In this document: in pieces, positions 23,690 to 37,064 of the stretch
Numbering within the stretch: position 1 is the first letter of the stretch
Layout: each line of letters begins with the position of its first letter
Source: Lama guanicoe
Taxonomy: Eukaryota
Assembly (NCBI GenBank): GCA_013239625.1
Contig: MU054323.1
Coordinates: 1,302,001-1,366,000 of the forward strand
Direction of reading: 5' to 3'
DNA length: 64,000 nucleotides
Notes under the pieces: generated by a model
Database searches by the model: none
Seen by the model: only the letters and a program-made list of their open reading frames with translations
Told to the model about the DNA's origin: nothing
Translations under genes and position numbers: made by a program

Positions 23690-26045
23690 AACAAAACTCA
23701 ATGAGAAGAAAAAATGGAAGGGAAAAACTCCCATTTATGATATAAATAAATAAATAACCCAGGCAAAATACTTATCAATAAATGTTCAAAATCCACTGAA
23801 CAAAACAAAGAAGCTATAAAACACTCTTCAAGGACATAAAAGTAGACTTGTACAAATGGAAGGACATGTTCTTGAGTACAAAGACAATGCAAAAAAGATT
23901 CTAATTCTCACTGAGTTATAAATGCAATGTGATCCCAGTAAAAAAAAAAAATCATTTTTCCTAAAGCTAGACAAGTTTATTACAAAGTTTATTATTAAAA
24001 AATAATGCAATAATAGCTAAGATGTCTCTGAAAAGGAAGAGCAATGGGATGGGATAAGAGGTGGCTAGCCCTATCTTACAGTAAATATAAACCCTCTAAG
24101 AGTAAAACAATGTGATATTGCTACATGGATTGAAAGACCTATCAATAAAACAGAATTAAATACCTAGAAATAGGGCTAGTTGCATATGGATGTGGATATG
24201 GATATTAAGTATTAGTATATTTAATAAGCAAATCAGTGGAGTTGGATTAACAGGATAGTCATATCATTTAAAAAAAAAAAAAAGATTAAACTGGATTGTT
24301 TCTCACCCTACAGACCAGGACAATAACCAATAGATAAGGCATTTAAATGTAAAAATTGAGAACATATAAATATTAGGGGAAAAGTATTGGTAAATTTTCT
24401 ATAATCTGGAAGAAGATAAATTTAAATAAGGAGCAATAAAAGAAATTAATTAATTTGATAAACATTTTAAAATTATGACAAAAATAAATCATAAGCAAAG
24501 TGGAAAAGACAAATGACAAACAGATAACTATTTGCAACAGACATAACAGACAAGGATTGGTATTCCTAAACTAGAAAGATGGTAAATAGATAACAGTCTA
24601 ATACAGAAGAAAACTCCAATAACCCTATTAAAAAATGAGCAAGAGATATGAATATAGATTTAACAGAAAAAGAAATGCACACGGCCATTTAACATGAAAA
24701 TATGCTTAACATCATTCAGAATAAGAGAGCTGCAAATTAAACCTACAAAGATACCATTCTCATCTCTCAGAGTGTCAAAAATTCAACAGTTCAGCAATAT
24801 ATTCTTCTTGGTAAGGGTTTGGAGAAATAGTCTCATACACTGCTAATGTGAATGCCAAATGGCACAATCACTTAGGAACAGAATTAAGCAATACTGAGGA
24901 TTCTAAATCTGAGGCAATAAATGTACAATATTTTTCATTTTGAAAAATCAAGGAAGTTATCAAAGTCTGCAGGAGATTAATATCAAGAGAACTCAAAAGC
25001 CAACTTCAAGGAACTCTGAACTAACTAAATTGGGATCATTTGAGTAGCATAATCAATTAATATCTTCATGAGATTTAAAATCATCATTTTTAAATAGTTC
25101 TAAAAATTAAAAAAACAGCTAATTGGTTACCACTGGAAGATGTTAGAAGATTCAACACATAATTCTGAAAATATTAAGTAAATTCAGAGACTCAAGCATT
25201 TGTCCTGCCTTTCCTGTATAAACTATACCTCATAGTAGCCAAATATTTGATGATGGAAAGTTCCTCTTTAAAGAATCACAATTATTGAAGAATAATACCA
25301 CTTTGCAATCTGTAATGAAACAATGGATGGAAGCAATGATCATCAATGGCTCTGAATCTATTAAGTGAAAAGCTGATAGGGAACTTTATAATGGCTGGGT
25401 CAAGCTGATGATCCCTGAGCCCACTGATTAGTCTTAACATCATAAAGAGGAAGAAATCAACCATTATATTCCACTTGTGGTAATAAAACATGACATTCTC
25501 ACCACGATGAAGTATACCAGACAAAAATGTAAAGCTAAATCTGATTACACCTCCAGATCTAAATACCTAGTTGAACTAAATAAAATGGCCAATACTTGAT
25601 GACCATTGGAACTACAAAAATACAATTTCGTTTGGTTCAACCCAATAGAGGGGGCAGAGAAGCATGTTAAGTTAAATTTAATTGTGAAGCAATTGGCAAA
25701 ATCTAGACAGTACACATCACTAAGTTTCCTCAACAACAAAAAATTTATATGGAAATTTTAAAAGGAGGCGGGAGAGTACTTACAGAGTAAAAGAGAATTG
25801 AAATTTATTGATGAAACACAAAGTGTGGATCTTATTAGGATTCTAATTCAAATAATCCAACTGTCAAAAGAAAATGAGACTAAGAAAATGTTAAAACTGT
25901 TTGAATATTTGATGATTATGAGGAATTACTGCTAATTTTTTGTTATGTTGATAATTATGGAAGATGGGTGCTGGGAACATGAATGTTCATTAAACTACTC
26001 TCTGTCTTTTTGTATATATGTATGACTTTTCCCATCGTTTAAAAA
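23690..26045 (+). mobile_element. Old L1 (L1MC/L1ME-type) ORF2 3' half and long 3'UTR, probably composite
   Basis: Decayed ORF2 motifs 'aaatggaaggacatgttcttg', 'gctagacaagtttattacaaagtttat', 'cccTATTAAAAAATGAGCAAGAGATATGAATA', 'gcaaattaaacctacaaagatacca'. An L1MC-like 3'UTR follows ~24.9 kb. Confidence 0.8.
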
Positions 26046-26776
26046 AATTGGGGAAAGTATATTTAGACTCTAATCACTGGAGGGTCATTGAAAGTCTCTC
26101 TTTAGGGAACAACAGATTTATCAACACCCATTCTTGTCTTGCATTTTTCTATGGTCCACATAGGAGCCCAGTATAACTGCAATTCCTTTCAACCTGACTG
26201 TTTGAAGCTCAAAGCAAAGGTTTCTCCAGAACAAGTGGGTGGCAGACACACTTGCCTTAGAGCTATTTTTTTAAGCGAGAAATCAAAGGAAAAAGTCAAC
26301 ATGCAGGTCAGAGCTTTGTGATTCTCTAATGCTCCAACAGATCAGCTAGAAAACGTTTCCCTGAATAAACTGATGTTGTATAACTCAAAGACAGGAAAGG
26401 TTGTACAAAGTTTGTGCATTTTTTAACAAAGCTTTAGAAGTGAACCAATTTAAATGACCTGAGCAGAAAGTTAAAATGATATATTACTTTTTTTCCCTCT
26501 AAAAGTAATAGTTCCATATTTTCAAATATTCTTAGTATTCCACAACATATTAACATATTCTCTCTGCAAACTTGTTTTGGACTGCTAATTTTCTAAAAAA
26601 AAAAAAGGTTCCTTCCAAGGATGTAAGTATTAACTTAAGTTTATGCCTTGGTGTGTCTTTAATTCTATTTCTTTCAGATTCCATACATGGCACCCAGGTA
26701 TTTTCAAGATTCGATTCCTGCCATCCTTGGAAATAGCAGCTTCATTTTCTGTTTTTTCCCTATCACGTGCTCCTTC

Positions 26777-27307
26777 GCGGTGGTGGCCCTAAAGGATTTC
26801 TGCCCCCTAATGTTCAAGCAGGACCTGTGACTTGCTTCGAAGCAATATAATGTAGCAAAGGTTATTGGAAATCATTACTGTAATGAGATTATATTGTATT
26901 ACAAAGGTGGTGAGATTCGTCATTCCAATGATTTGGTTATGAGATATATGACTGTGTCCTGTTTGCAGGCACTAGAAAGGCTTTCTTGCTGGCCTAAAAG
27001 AAGGAAGTCGCTATGATGTAACTGGAGAAGGCCACATGGCAGGACCTCTAGGTTTTGAGAGCCTTGATTCTATGACCATAAGAAGATACATTTTGCTAAC
27101 ATTCATGCGAACTTGGAAGAGGATCCTGAGCTCCAGAAAGGAATGTAACCTGACACTTTGATTACAGCTTTGTTTGATCCTGAGCAGAGGACTCTGGTTT
27201 GCCATGCCCACGTTGCTGATCCATGAAAACTGTGAGATAATAAAAGCATGTTGTGTTAAGCTGCTAAGGCTGTGGTTGTCTATTAGGCAGCAATAGAAAA
27301 TGATATA
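26777..27307 (+). mobile_element. MaLR solo LTR (MLT1E-like)
   Basis: 'ttggaagaggatcctgagctccaga...gatcctgagcagagga...aactgtgagataataaaagcatgttgtgttaagctgctaag...gcagcaatagaaaatgatata' is a typical MLT1 3' half. Confidence 0.85.
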
Positions 27308-28699
27308 TTCATGAGCATACTTCCTGGTCCCCATCCCACGTTCCAAAGGGTCTTTCTCTTTGGAATGACCTCTCTCCCTTATTTACTTCTTACATGTTTT
27401 TGCAAATACATACAGCATCCTTTAGGATCTTATTGAAACATCTTCTCTGGTAAGTTTCTCCAGTTCTTTCTTCTACCCATGATCCCACCATCAGCCTTTA
27501 TGTATCTGCACTTGCCTTAAACATACATCTATTGTTGTGAATATCAACTTACATTATAATTATTTGTGGCCTGCATACCTCACCAGACACTGAGGTTTTA
27601 ATTTATTAATTTATTGAACAAACATTTATTTCCTGCACACAACTTACTAAACAGTATGCTAAGTGCTGGCGAGATAAATTTGAAGAAGTCTTTTTTCAAA
27701 AGACAGATCATTTCTTATTCATTTTTATGCCTCCTTATGAGTGCTGCATCTGGAACATAAAAAAATGGGGGCTCCAGGTGAATTTGCCAAAACATCAATC
27801 TTCCAAATAGTTTGCTAAATGACCAATTCATCAAAAACTGCCAAGCGCCTTAAACTGGTTTCTCATAGCCATTTAACTCTGAGAGGCAGAGACAGATTCA
27901 GAGTTTAAGCCTGCAAAAATTGAGAATGATATTTAAGGAAAAACACCCCTTGAATTTTGAGACTTTGCATTCTCCAATATGAATTCCATGAAACATTGAT
28001 ATTCAGCCAACTGGAAATCTGTGGGGAAAAGATTCTAGCAAAGCTGAGCAAGCTAATCACCTGGTGAATTAACTACAGTAAATTGGATTGCAGATTTGGT
28101 AGACACAATAAGAGCAACCATGATTTTTTTTTAAGGAAAACACGATCCACAGGAACAAGAATAGTTGGAGAGACCACTCAGGAAGATTCAGGTAATAAAC
28201 TGCACTTTGAAAGAGGAGAAGAATCTAAGTGAATGGAGGAGAACTTTGGGGAAAGCTAATCATTTACAAAGGACAGTGAAGCTACATTTTCATCAAAGGA
28301 ATTAGGTTCAAATTTAATTCATTAACTATCATAAATATTATAAATTAATTATATTATTAATTTGTTCATAGGACACATAATTTAAAGACAGAAATGCACA
28401 AAGAAACCTAAGAATTAGAATGTTGCACGAAGGGCAAAATTTTGACCTTGAGGAGAACTGCATACCTCTTACAGTCAACTTTGGGAGATTTAGAATGAGA
28501 CACAGAGGGACCATTTATTTTTTGTGAGCACCATATCTACACTAAAAACAAAACAAAATGCCATGATATTCCCCTTAACAACAACAATAACAAAAATATA
28601 AATACATCTCCCTTACTTTGCTGTTTCGTCTTACCCATGTCCTACATGTGTCCCTCACGTGTCCCTCACGGGAGTCCTGCTCATTGTCTTAATTGCTTC

Positions 28700-30200
28700 T
28701 TGCTTTCGTGTCTATCATCAGAACTTTGTCACTTCATAAAAGGAGTTCAGACTATTCCTTTTTTGGTTTTATTTTGTGTTTACTATTTTGGGAGATTGCT
28801 TGTGAAATTTGGGGATTATTTCTTCTTTCAATGATTGGTAGATCCCTTTGGCATGGCCATTTTGGCCTGGTGTTTTTCTATTGTTATAGGAATATTTAGG
28901 TTTTCAACTTCTTCCTAGGTAATTTAATTTTTCTAGAATTTTTAAATTTAATCTAAGCTTTATTTATGAGCATAAAATTATTCATAACATCCTTACATTA
29001 TTTGTTTAACTTCTACAACACATTTACATCCTCTTTTTACTCTTAATATTTTTTGTACCTTCATTCTTTTTACTGATCAATCTTGCCAATGTTGTTTGTC
29101 AATTTTTATACAAAAACTAACTTTTGTCTTTACTGATTCCTTCAACTGCATCTTCATTTTTAAATTTCGTTAATTTTACTTCATTATTACCAGTTCCTTT
29201 ATTCTACTTTCTCTGGATTTTTTATGTTTTCCTAACTGTTGGAGTTGAATGCTTAGCTTATAATGTTTAGTTCTTTAATATCTGACTCATTTCAAAGTCT
29301 ATTTTTCCTTTTCTGGATGCATTTTTCTTAGTATGCTTTTAGTTATTGATTCCTAACATAGTATGACTTATTTGAAATGTATTGATCACACTTTATGGCC
29401 TAGTATATGGTCAGTTTTCCTAAATATCCCAGATGTACTTGAAAAGGTTTCCAATTATTAGGAATTATTAGGAACAATATTCCATATATATTCATTAGAT
29501 CAAGATTATTATTTGTAATATTCAAATTTTGTGGATCCTTACTGATATATTTTTGTCTGAACTCATATACTGAGAAACATGTTATAACCTCCATCTATCA
29601 TGACAGATAAATCCATTTCTCCCTTGAATTCTATCAAGTTTTGTGTATGCCTTCTTAAAGGAAACAAGTTTAGAATTATATCTTCCTGATATAATTGAAG
29701 CATTTATTACTAGCAACATTTTTGCCTTGAAGCCTTCTGGTGTTAAAATAGCTAACCCAGCATCTTTTGGGTTTGTTTTTGTCTTTTATGTCTTTTCCAT
29801 GCTCTTACTGTTTTTTTTTTTTTTTTTTCATATCCTTATGTTTTAGGTGAGACATCTATAAAAACATATAGCCTCATTTTGTATTATTTTTCCAATCTGA
29901 TACATTTGCCTTTCAAATGGAGAAATTAGACCATTTATTTTTCATTTGTTTGAATTACTGATATATTTGGATATATTTGCACTTGGAGATAAAATTCTAT
30001 CATATTTTGTGCTATTTCTCCTAATTTTCTGCCTCTTTTATTTCCTCATTTCTTTTTGGAGGGAGAGGGGAAGGAGATTTTTTTTTAAGTTTCCCCTTCT
30101 TTGTTTTAGTAGTCATTCTAAAACACCTTAACATGTGCACTTAATGAAGATGAATGTTAATAAGTATATTTACCCTGCTCTAAATAAGACAAGGATGTGA
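28700..30200 (-). mobile_element. Old L1 (L1M/L1ME) ORF2 fragment, antisense
   Basis: T-rich strand with L1 antisense motifs 'tttatggcctagtatatggtcagttttcctaaatatccc' and 'gttaaaatagctaacccagcatcttttgg'. Confidence 0.75.
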
Positions 30201-30222
30201 GCACATCAAGTTTGATACCTGC

Positions 30223-30790
30223 TGTGGTGGCTACAGAAAGACTCCTCTCAGATTATTGGCTGTGAGAAGCATAATGGACTGAAGGTCCCAGTTTCCACAC
30301 TCAAAAATCCATCACTGCACGTGCACAGAGTCCGTGATCAAGTGTGGTAAGGACACCAAGGCAGGCAGGTCTATTTCTAGGTGATGGTGATGTAGGACTT
30401 ATTTAAAGAAAGACTTTTCCTATTTGGCTCAAAGAGTCAGCATCAACCTTTTCAGACCTTTTTTGAACTGCATACAGCCTAAGATTTTTTCATCCAACTG
30501 TTTTTTCTTTATGGTCTAATGCTTTCCCAGTCTGCCCCAAGTTCCCATTTTTCCTCATAGACATTTCCTCTAATAAATCACTTGCATGTCCAATCCTGTT
30601 TTGAAGTTCGCTTCTCAGATATCCCAGACTAACAAAAGTGGTACCAGAGGTAGTCCAAGAAAATAAGTGGTATGATGGGAGTTCGAGGCTGGCTCCCCTA
30701 CCATTGAATGGGAAAACAGGACAGCTTTCTGGTTGACAGGTAAGACACAGATCGTCACTGGCACAGGATGGTAAAGAACTCAGTTCAGTA
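30223..30790 (+). mobile_element. ERVL LTR16-family 5' LTR (30223-30634) plus primer-binding site and start of internal region
   Basis: TG start; 'cctctaataaatcacttgcatgtccaatcctgttttgaagttcgcttctcagatatcccagactaaca' end; followed by 'tggtaccagaggtagtcc', which resembles the ERVL tRNA-Leu PBS. Confidence 0.75.
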
Positions 30791-31093
30791 TTTAGTAGAC
30801 CCAGTACTGAATTGGTCTAAGAGCTCCTATACTGGCCTCGCAACCAAATTCTAGCAGTTTTATTTTTGCTTTGTCAATACTATTCCACTCTTTCTCTGAA
30901 ACTCAGTATTTTTTTCTCTTTGCCTGGGTTCTTACCTTGATAGTCTGCCATAATTCTATTTTTCCTAATGCTGAATCCTTAGCTCTAGAAAATCTGCTCA
31001 CAATCCCTGATGATATGGTTTCCATTTACTGAGAAGCCTATCTACCATATGCCTCGTGTTAGGGTATCTCACTAATTCTCACAACTCTGCCAG

Positions 31094-31140
31094 TTTTGTT
31101 TGTTTGTTTGTTTGTTTGTTTGTTTGTTTGTTTGTTTTTT
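31094..31140. repeat. (TTTG)n microsatellite
   Basis: About 10 perfect TTTG units. Confidence 0.95.
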
Positions 31141-31508
31141 ACCTCGTCTAGAGCTGAGACTCAGAAATATTCAGTAATGGAGTGAGGCTGTAGCTTTACC
31201 TATGTTCCCGTTTGGTTATGCTCATTTACTTAGGAGATCAGGAGACCTCTGGGGTAAACCTTGAACCCTGACTAATAGAGACACACACAAAGTGTGTCCA
31301 ACAGACAGAGGCCAGTGTTGAGAGAGCAAATTTGCAGAGGAGATTATAAAGTCCCTGAAAGAAAATACACCAGAAGGAAAGAATGAATGTGTCACAGTTA
31401 ACCGGACTCATAAACAACACATAAAGATCAGAAGGAAGGGGTAGACCAAGGCAGAGCATGACAGCTGCTACCCAGCCCAGCCCTTTCGGAGACTCAGTGG
31501 AGGTGTGT

Positions 31509-31522
31509 GCGCCCCCTGGATG
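31509..31522 (-). promoter_or_regulatory. Candidate CTCF site
   Basis: Minus strand reads CATCCAGGGGGCGC, 12/14 identity to the core CCACCAGGGGGCGC. The CpG is retained in a CpG-poor region. Confidence 0.45.
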
Positions 31523-32439
31523 ATGTTCGCTGAGAAAGCTGTCACAATAATTGCTGAAGAATTTGGGAACCAAACAATCCCGCTCTGGGAATTCTACCCA
31601 CTTTACCACCCACCGCTAAGCAGTAAATGAATAATATATAAGGGAGGAGTAGTCTCTTCACTTTGTAAAGAGCGTGGGAAAGGGGGAAAGGGAGTGGGGA
31701 ATGTGCACAGAAGGAGCAGGAGCAGCCATGAGGTTGTCACGAGCCAGCACCAGCACACTGGCAGGGAACTGCCTCGCTGGTGGCAGTGTCAGAACTGCCT
31801 CTCCCTGGACAACGGTGTACCTGAAGCAGAACTCCCACTGGAATGGCACCAGGTTGTAAAGCTTGGGAAAACGTTCATTCATTTATTCAACAAATATTTA
31901 TTGAGGAGGTACTGCTTGCCAAGCATTGTGTTAGGTCCTTCTATTGTCTGGCAGTGAAATGACAGGAGTGTTTGAGGCTGTAACAAATAGAATCAAAAAA
32001 AAGGAGCTGTCTCACTAAATTCAGTAACACTTTGACCTCAAAAAGCCCTTCTGGAAAGCCTTACTTTACCAAGCCTCCTTCTTTGTAAATGTTCTAATCA
32101 TAGTCTTGATCCATTTATCTAGTAAGTCATCCTTTTCTTATTGAATTATTGGTGACTTTTTTTGAAGGGATATTAATCTTTTACTAATTACATGGATTGA
32201 AAATATCCTCTTTGTTATTTGCCTTTTACGTTCACTTATGGCAGAAGCAGGCATTCCCCCTTCTGGGATCTGATAACTCTTTATCCATGCCTTTGTGACA
32301 GAGCTAACCTCCTTGCTCACAATGTTTCTCCTTTAACGCTATGAAAACAAGGCTAGACTTGGAACTGGGATATCTAGGTTATAGCAAAAGTCTCCTAACA
32401 TCACTAGCGTGTGATCTCAAGTAAGTTTCTTGAGACTAA

Positions 32440-32640
32440 CATTAAACCCGAAAGCATCAGACACTCTGCTAGGCTTCTTATATATGATATCTGATTTAAT
32501 CTTTACAACTATCTGCCTATTTTTTTTTTCAGGTGAGGAAATAATCTCAGGGAAATAAAGTGACTTACCCAGTGATACACAGCTACTTAATGTCAGCCTT
32601 GGGAATCAAATCCAGGTATGTCTCCCAAATATATGTTGCT
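32440..32640. mobile_element. MIR SINE
   Basis: 'tttaatctttacaac...caggtgaggaaataatctcagggaaataaagtgacttacccagtgatacacagctac...ggaatcaaatccagg'. Confidence 0.75.
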
Positions 32641-34763
32641 TTCTTCTCTTAATGTATGTTTCAGGATTCTTCTGTGAAAAATCACACACTCAAAAAAAGT
32701 AGTAAATGGAACTATGATCCTTAAATGCCTCATTGCTCTGAGATTCCGAGATTCAAGGCATATATTGATGACCAGTAACCATGAGATGCTAGAAAGGGAC
32801 CACTGACTCTAAATCCACTGGTTCTGTAGAGGAAGGCAGGTAACAGTAAACAGCAATGGAGTGACTAACATCTTGATCTTAAAAACCATGCAATGTTGAC
32901 TTTGAACAGGATCACCCGTAGAGACTAGAATAAACTTATTTTTTGACAAGCTGAGCACATGGACTGTGAAAAGTACTCGATGTGTAACAGCTAGATATTA
33001 TTGAAAGTGTACTGTTCACTAAGAACTTTACCTATACCATCTCCTTTAATTTTCAAGAGAACCTCATGAGGTATTTTATCCTCCATTTTAAAGATGAGCA
33101 AACTGAGACATGGAAACTGCCCCACAAGTAGTAACACCCAAGCCTCTCTCCAAAGCCCCATGCGACACCATGCAGTCCTGAACTACCCCCGTTAGAAATC
33201 CACACCCACTATAAAATCACTGCCAAGTGAGATTCTCTTCTTACAGCAGCTTAGTCTTTTATGACATTGCCGTTGTTAAAGAACTTCATTAGATCTTCAG
33301 TATTTGAGGAGTCTTCTGAGTTAGCAAAGTAAAAGAAAGCATATCAGAGAGAATTATGGCTCTTACCCAGAATGAAAAAAATCTATAAATAAACTTGCTA
33401 AACACTTAAGGAAGATTTTAAAAGTATTTTTATTGCTGACTTTACAAAAAAAGAACCTATTTTGAAAATTTAAGAATGACATTCACTTGTTGAGCAGCTA
33501 GAATTCTCTTTTTCCTTTAAAAGGTAGGCTGAAAATTTTGTGTTTCATACTTTTCCATTAAAGTTCCTGAATCTGACTTAATATGAATTCCTATGAAAAT
33601 CAGAGTTACATGCTCCATAACGTGGTGGCATATAAAACTCCCTCATAAAGGATTTATCTCTCCTAGGACTTGTGAGCTAATGATCTGTAAAGCTTATGTG
33701 AAAGCTTACATTCCAGGGAAGAGAAGGTGAAGAGGAGAGCAATGCACTGAGTGTGTGTGCCATTAAGACTTCTAAAGTTATGCTTACAATGTGCTTTCAG
33801 AGCCAGGAAGACCGTGAGTGTGATGCGAAGGCTAGCTTATATTGTTTCTACCTGCCATAATTTACCACTGCATCAGAAGACTTATCTATAACAGGGTGGC
33901 CAGTTGATAGTCTAGGTAAGTACCATTGCCTTTGAACACCCCTCCAAATACAGTTTAGATCAAACGTGTAGCAGCCACTGTCCTGTGTTTTGCTGCTTAT
34001 TTCTCAAGTGTATTTGGAACTTTCATTAAGCTATTTTGGAAACTGTCAGAGAATCATCCTGATTTTACCCTATGAACCATAGTCACAGATTTTCTAGAAG
34101 CTTTTGATCCCTTATGACATTTGGTTTTGTGTTGCTTTTCTAATTCGACCCTTAAAAAAAAAGCTCTGTTGTGGTTCTCCCAAATGCCAAAAGGAGAAAA
34201 AACACTTATAATGATGTTGCATAACATTTACCTTCTAAATATCAAGCTTAGCATATACATAGGGCAATAGGGCATAGAGTATCTTCCTATTATACGTGTG
34301 TGTGTTTCATATTCTTCTATAAAATGTCATGGGTGATTTTCATTGCATATTCAAGTACTATTTCCAAAGAAAACATAAAATTCTAAATATAGAAAAGCTG
34401 AGCCCTAAAAGGAATTCATCTCCCTGAAATCAGACATCTTTTAAAATACAAAAAGACTGACCCACCAGAGTCATTGCTGACTCCTCTTTCTTTTCCCTCA
34501 TTTTCAATATCCACTCCCTCACTGGATCATCTTGATTTTACCTCAGAAATATCCAGTGGCCACACACACACACTCTCTCTCTCAGTTTTATTAGGACTAT
34601 TTCAGCAGCTTCTTTACTCGTCTTCTAATCATCTGTTTCAATCACTTAAGTCCATTCTCTCTATAGTAATACCTGAGTAATCTTAAAACTAGTTAGTTTA
34701 TATCCCTCACTGATAACATTTGTTAGTTCATATTGCCTATATGATATTTAAAAAAAATCTTAG

Positions 34764-34912
34764 TACAACGCCTCACAAAGTGTGATCCTCAGAACAACTG
34801 TTTCAGAATCTTCTAAGGTCCTTATGGGGGAAAAAAAATGCACATCCTTAGTCCCAGCCCAGGCCTACATAATCAGAATCCTTGGGTCTGAGTTTAGTAA
34901 TCTACAGTTTAA
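34764..34912. mobile_element. MER5-family hAT-Charlie MITE fragment
   Basis: 'ctcacaaagtgtgatcctcagaacaactgtttcagaatc...cccagcccaggcctacataatcagaatc'. Confidence 0.6.
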
Positions 34913-35259
34913 CCTTTTACTCAGAAAGAATAAGTCTCCTAGAGAGAAGACAAAGCATTAAAAATTATATAAGTTTTGAAAGATTCTGGTATCTCACAAT
35001 ATTATGAATGAGAACTCCTATAAACCATGACTGAAAAAATTCCTAAAAGTATTAGACAAAGAAATAAATTAATACGTAAAAAATTAAAGGAAATCCATCA
35101 AATCTAGGAAAGAAAAGGAAAAACATGGATCCAAAGAGGTGAAACAGAGTAGAAAACTCAATCACAAAGGTCTTATAAAGTCAGACCCAAGTCTCAGGGA
35201 AAAGGGAAATTTGAAAAAAATAATAAAGCAAACTCAGAAATATATAGCAAAAAAAAAAA

Positions 35260-35731
35260 AAAAGGATATAATTCAAGAAGAGCCAGATGTAAGAGATGCA
35301 TAGGGAAATATATGGGGAAATGGCCCAGAGCTTCCTTGACCTTTTCAGGCAGTTCATTCACCCTGCATCTCCACAAGTTAACCAACCCAAAAGCTCTCTG
35401 AACCCAACCCTCTGGGTTTTTATGGAGGCTTCATTACACAGGCTTCATAAATCATATCATTGGCCAGTGGAAAGCAATTTACCCTGCAGCCTCTCTCCTC
35501 TCCTTGGAGGTCTGGAGTTAGGACTACAAATTCCAACCTTCTAATCACATGGTTGACTCTCCTAGCAACCAGTCCTCATCATTAGGTTTGGTACAAAATT
35601 TACCTCATTAACACAATAAGACACCTTTATTTCCTTTATCATTTAGAAAATTCCAAGGGTTTTAGGAGCTGTGTGCCAGAAATGGGGCCAAAAATAAAAA
35701 ATATATTTATTATTATAAATCATAATATCAA
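35260..35731 (-). mobile_element. MER21-family LTR fragment
   Basis: 'gccagatgtaagagatgcatagggaaa...aaccaacccaaaagctctctgaaccc...ttttatggaggcttcattac...ttccaagggttttaggagctgtgtgccagaaa' matches my recollection of MER21 in reverse orientation. Confidence 0.75.
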
Positions 35732-36700
35732 AGGTGCTGTGCTATTGTTATGCTTTAGAATTTATATTGCATTTAAAAGTATGTATCTCTCTCCTTACTC
35801 AGTTTTGATTAAAAATGAGTAACAGATCAGAAATTTGCCCAGAGAAGAATCATCTCCTTGGAGCTATTAATGCTTTGTTAATTCAGGTACTGTGCTGAAA
35901 GTTGCTTTACTCTCTATTGATAAGAAAGCTCTCTGACACAGAATATTTAAGATCCAATGATCTAAATAAAAAGATGGTTTAGTTGAGGCAAATACTTAGA
36001 GTTAGATTAAATTCAAGCACGTTTATCTTAGGTTATAGATATTTTCTGTTGGATTTTACTGATTGTCAAAAAAAAAGATGATTTCATTGATATCAAATTG
36101 TGTTTATACAAAGCCTGTATTTACCCATCTGGTAGGTAACCCTTTAACTCCAAGGCTTGTATCATCATCAAAAATTTGTAAATATGTTTTAGAGGCTTGC
36201 ATAAACCATAAGGCATATTTACTATAGAAAGTACTGTTAATTTATGAAATACACTGGTTACTTACTTTGTCAATTATCTTGCTATTTTTTTCTCTCCTTT
36301 TCCAGACAGAAAAAAAAGACATAATCCAGTGGACTAATTGTCAAATAGAGTTGACTCTGGTATTTCTAACTCAACCAAAATACAAAGTTCTGTTTTCTCC
36401 ACATTTGAGGTGACCTTTAAATACATTTAGTTTTATAATCGTTGCTTTAGAATAAGAAACAAGATCCTTCTTGTTCTGGACTCTTATCACTGCTCCAAGC
36501 TCACCGCACCATATGCACCCATAATGTTTATGACTTCTGTTATAAACTCTCTTATCTCTAGGCCCAAAGTCATTCATCACTTCCAACTTGGCATATGAAT
36601 TTCTTCACCACCCACCCCTCTGCCTTTATTTATGAATCACTGACTCAATCCACATTCCTGACACATTTAGCTTGTGCTGTTTCTCACAATCTAAGAAGTC

Positions 36701-37064
36701 TGCTATAGATTGAATATTTGTGTCACCCAAAATGTATATGTTGAAATCTAGTCCCCAGTGGAATGGTGTTTGGAGATGGGGACTTTGGGAGGTTATTATG
36801 TCTTGAGGGCAGAGCCCTCACGAGTGGAATTTGTATCCTTACAAAAAGACCTCAGAGAGCTTTCTTGCCCCTTCCATCATATGAGAACACAGTGAGAAGA
36901 TGACCATCTATGAATGAGAAAGAGGGACTTCACCAGACACTGAACCTGCTGGCACCTTGATCCTGGACTTCCCAGCCTGCAGAAATTTCAGAAATAAATG
37001 GCTGTTGTTTATAAACCACTCAGTCTATGGTATTTGGTTATAACAGTCTGAAAGGACTAAGACA
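36701..37064 (+). mobile_element. MaLR solo LTR (MLT1A/MLT1A0-like), full length
   Basis: 'tgctatagattgaatatttgtgtc...ggactaagaca' termini; internal 'ccagacactgaacctgctggcaccttgatcctggacttcccagcc' and AATAAA. Confidence 0.9.

Noticed and set aside
27770..28100. Possible ancient MamRep/DNA-transposon relic with inverted motifs
   Set aside because: Too degenerate to assign without an HMM search.
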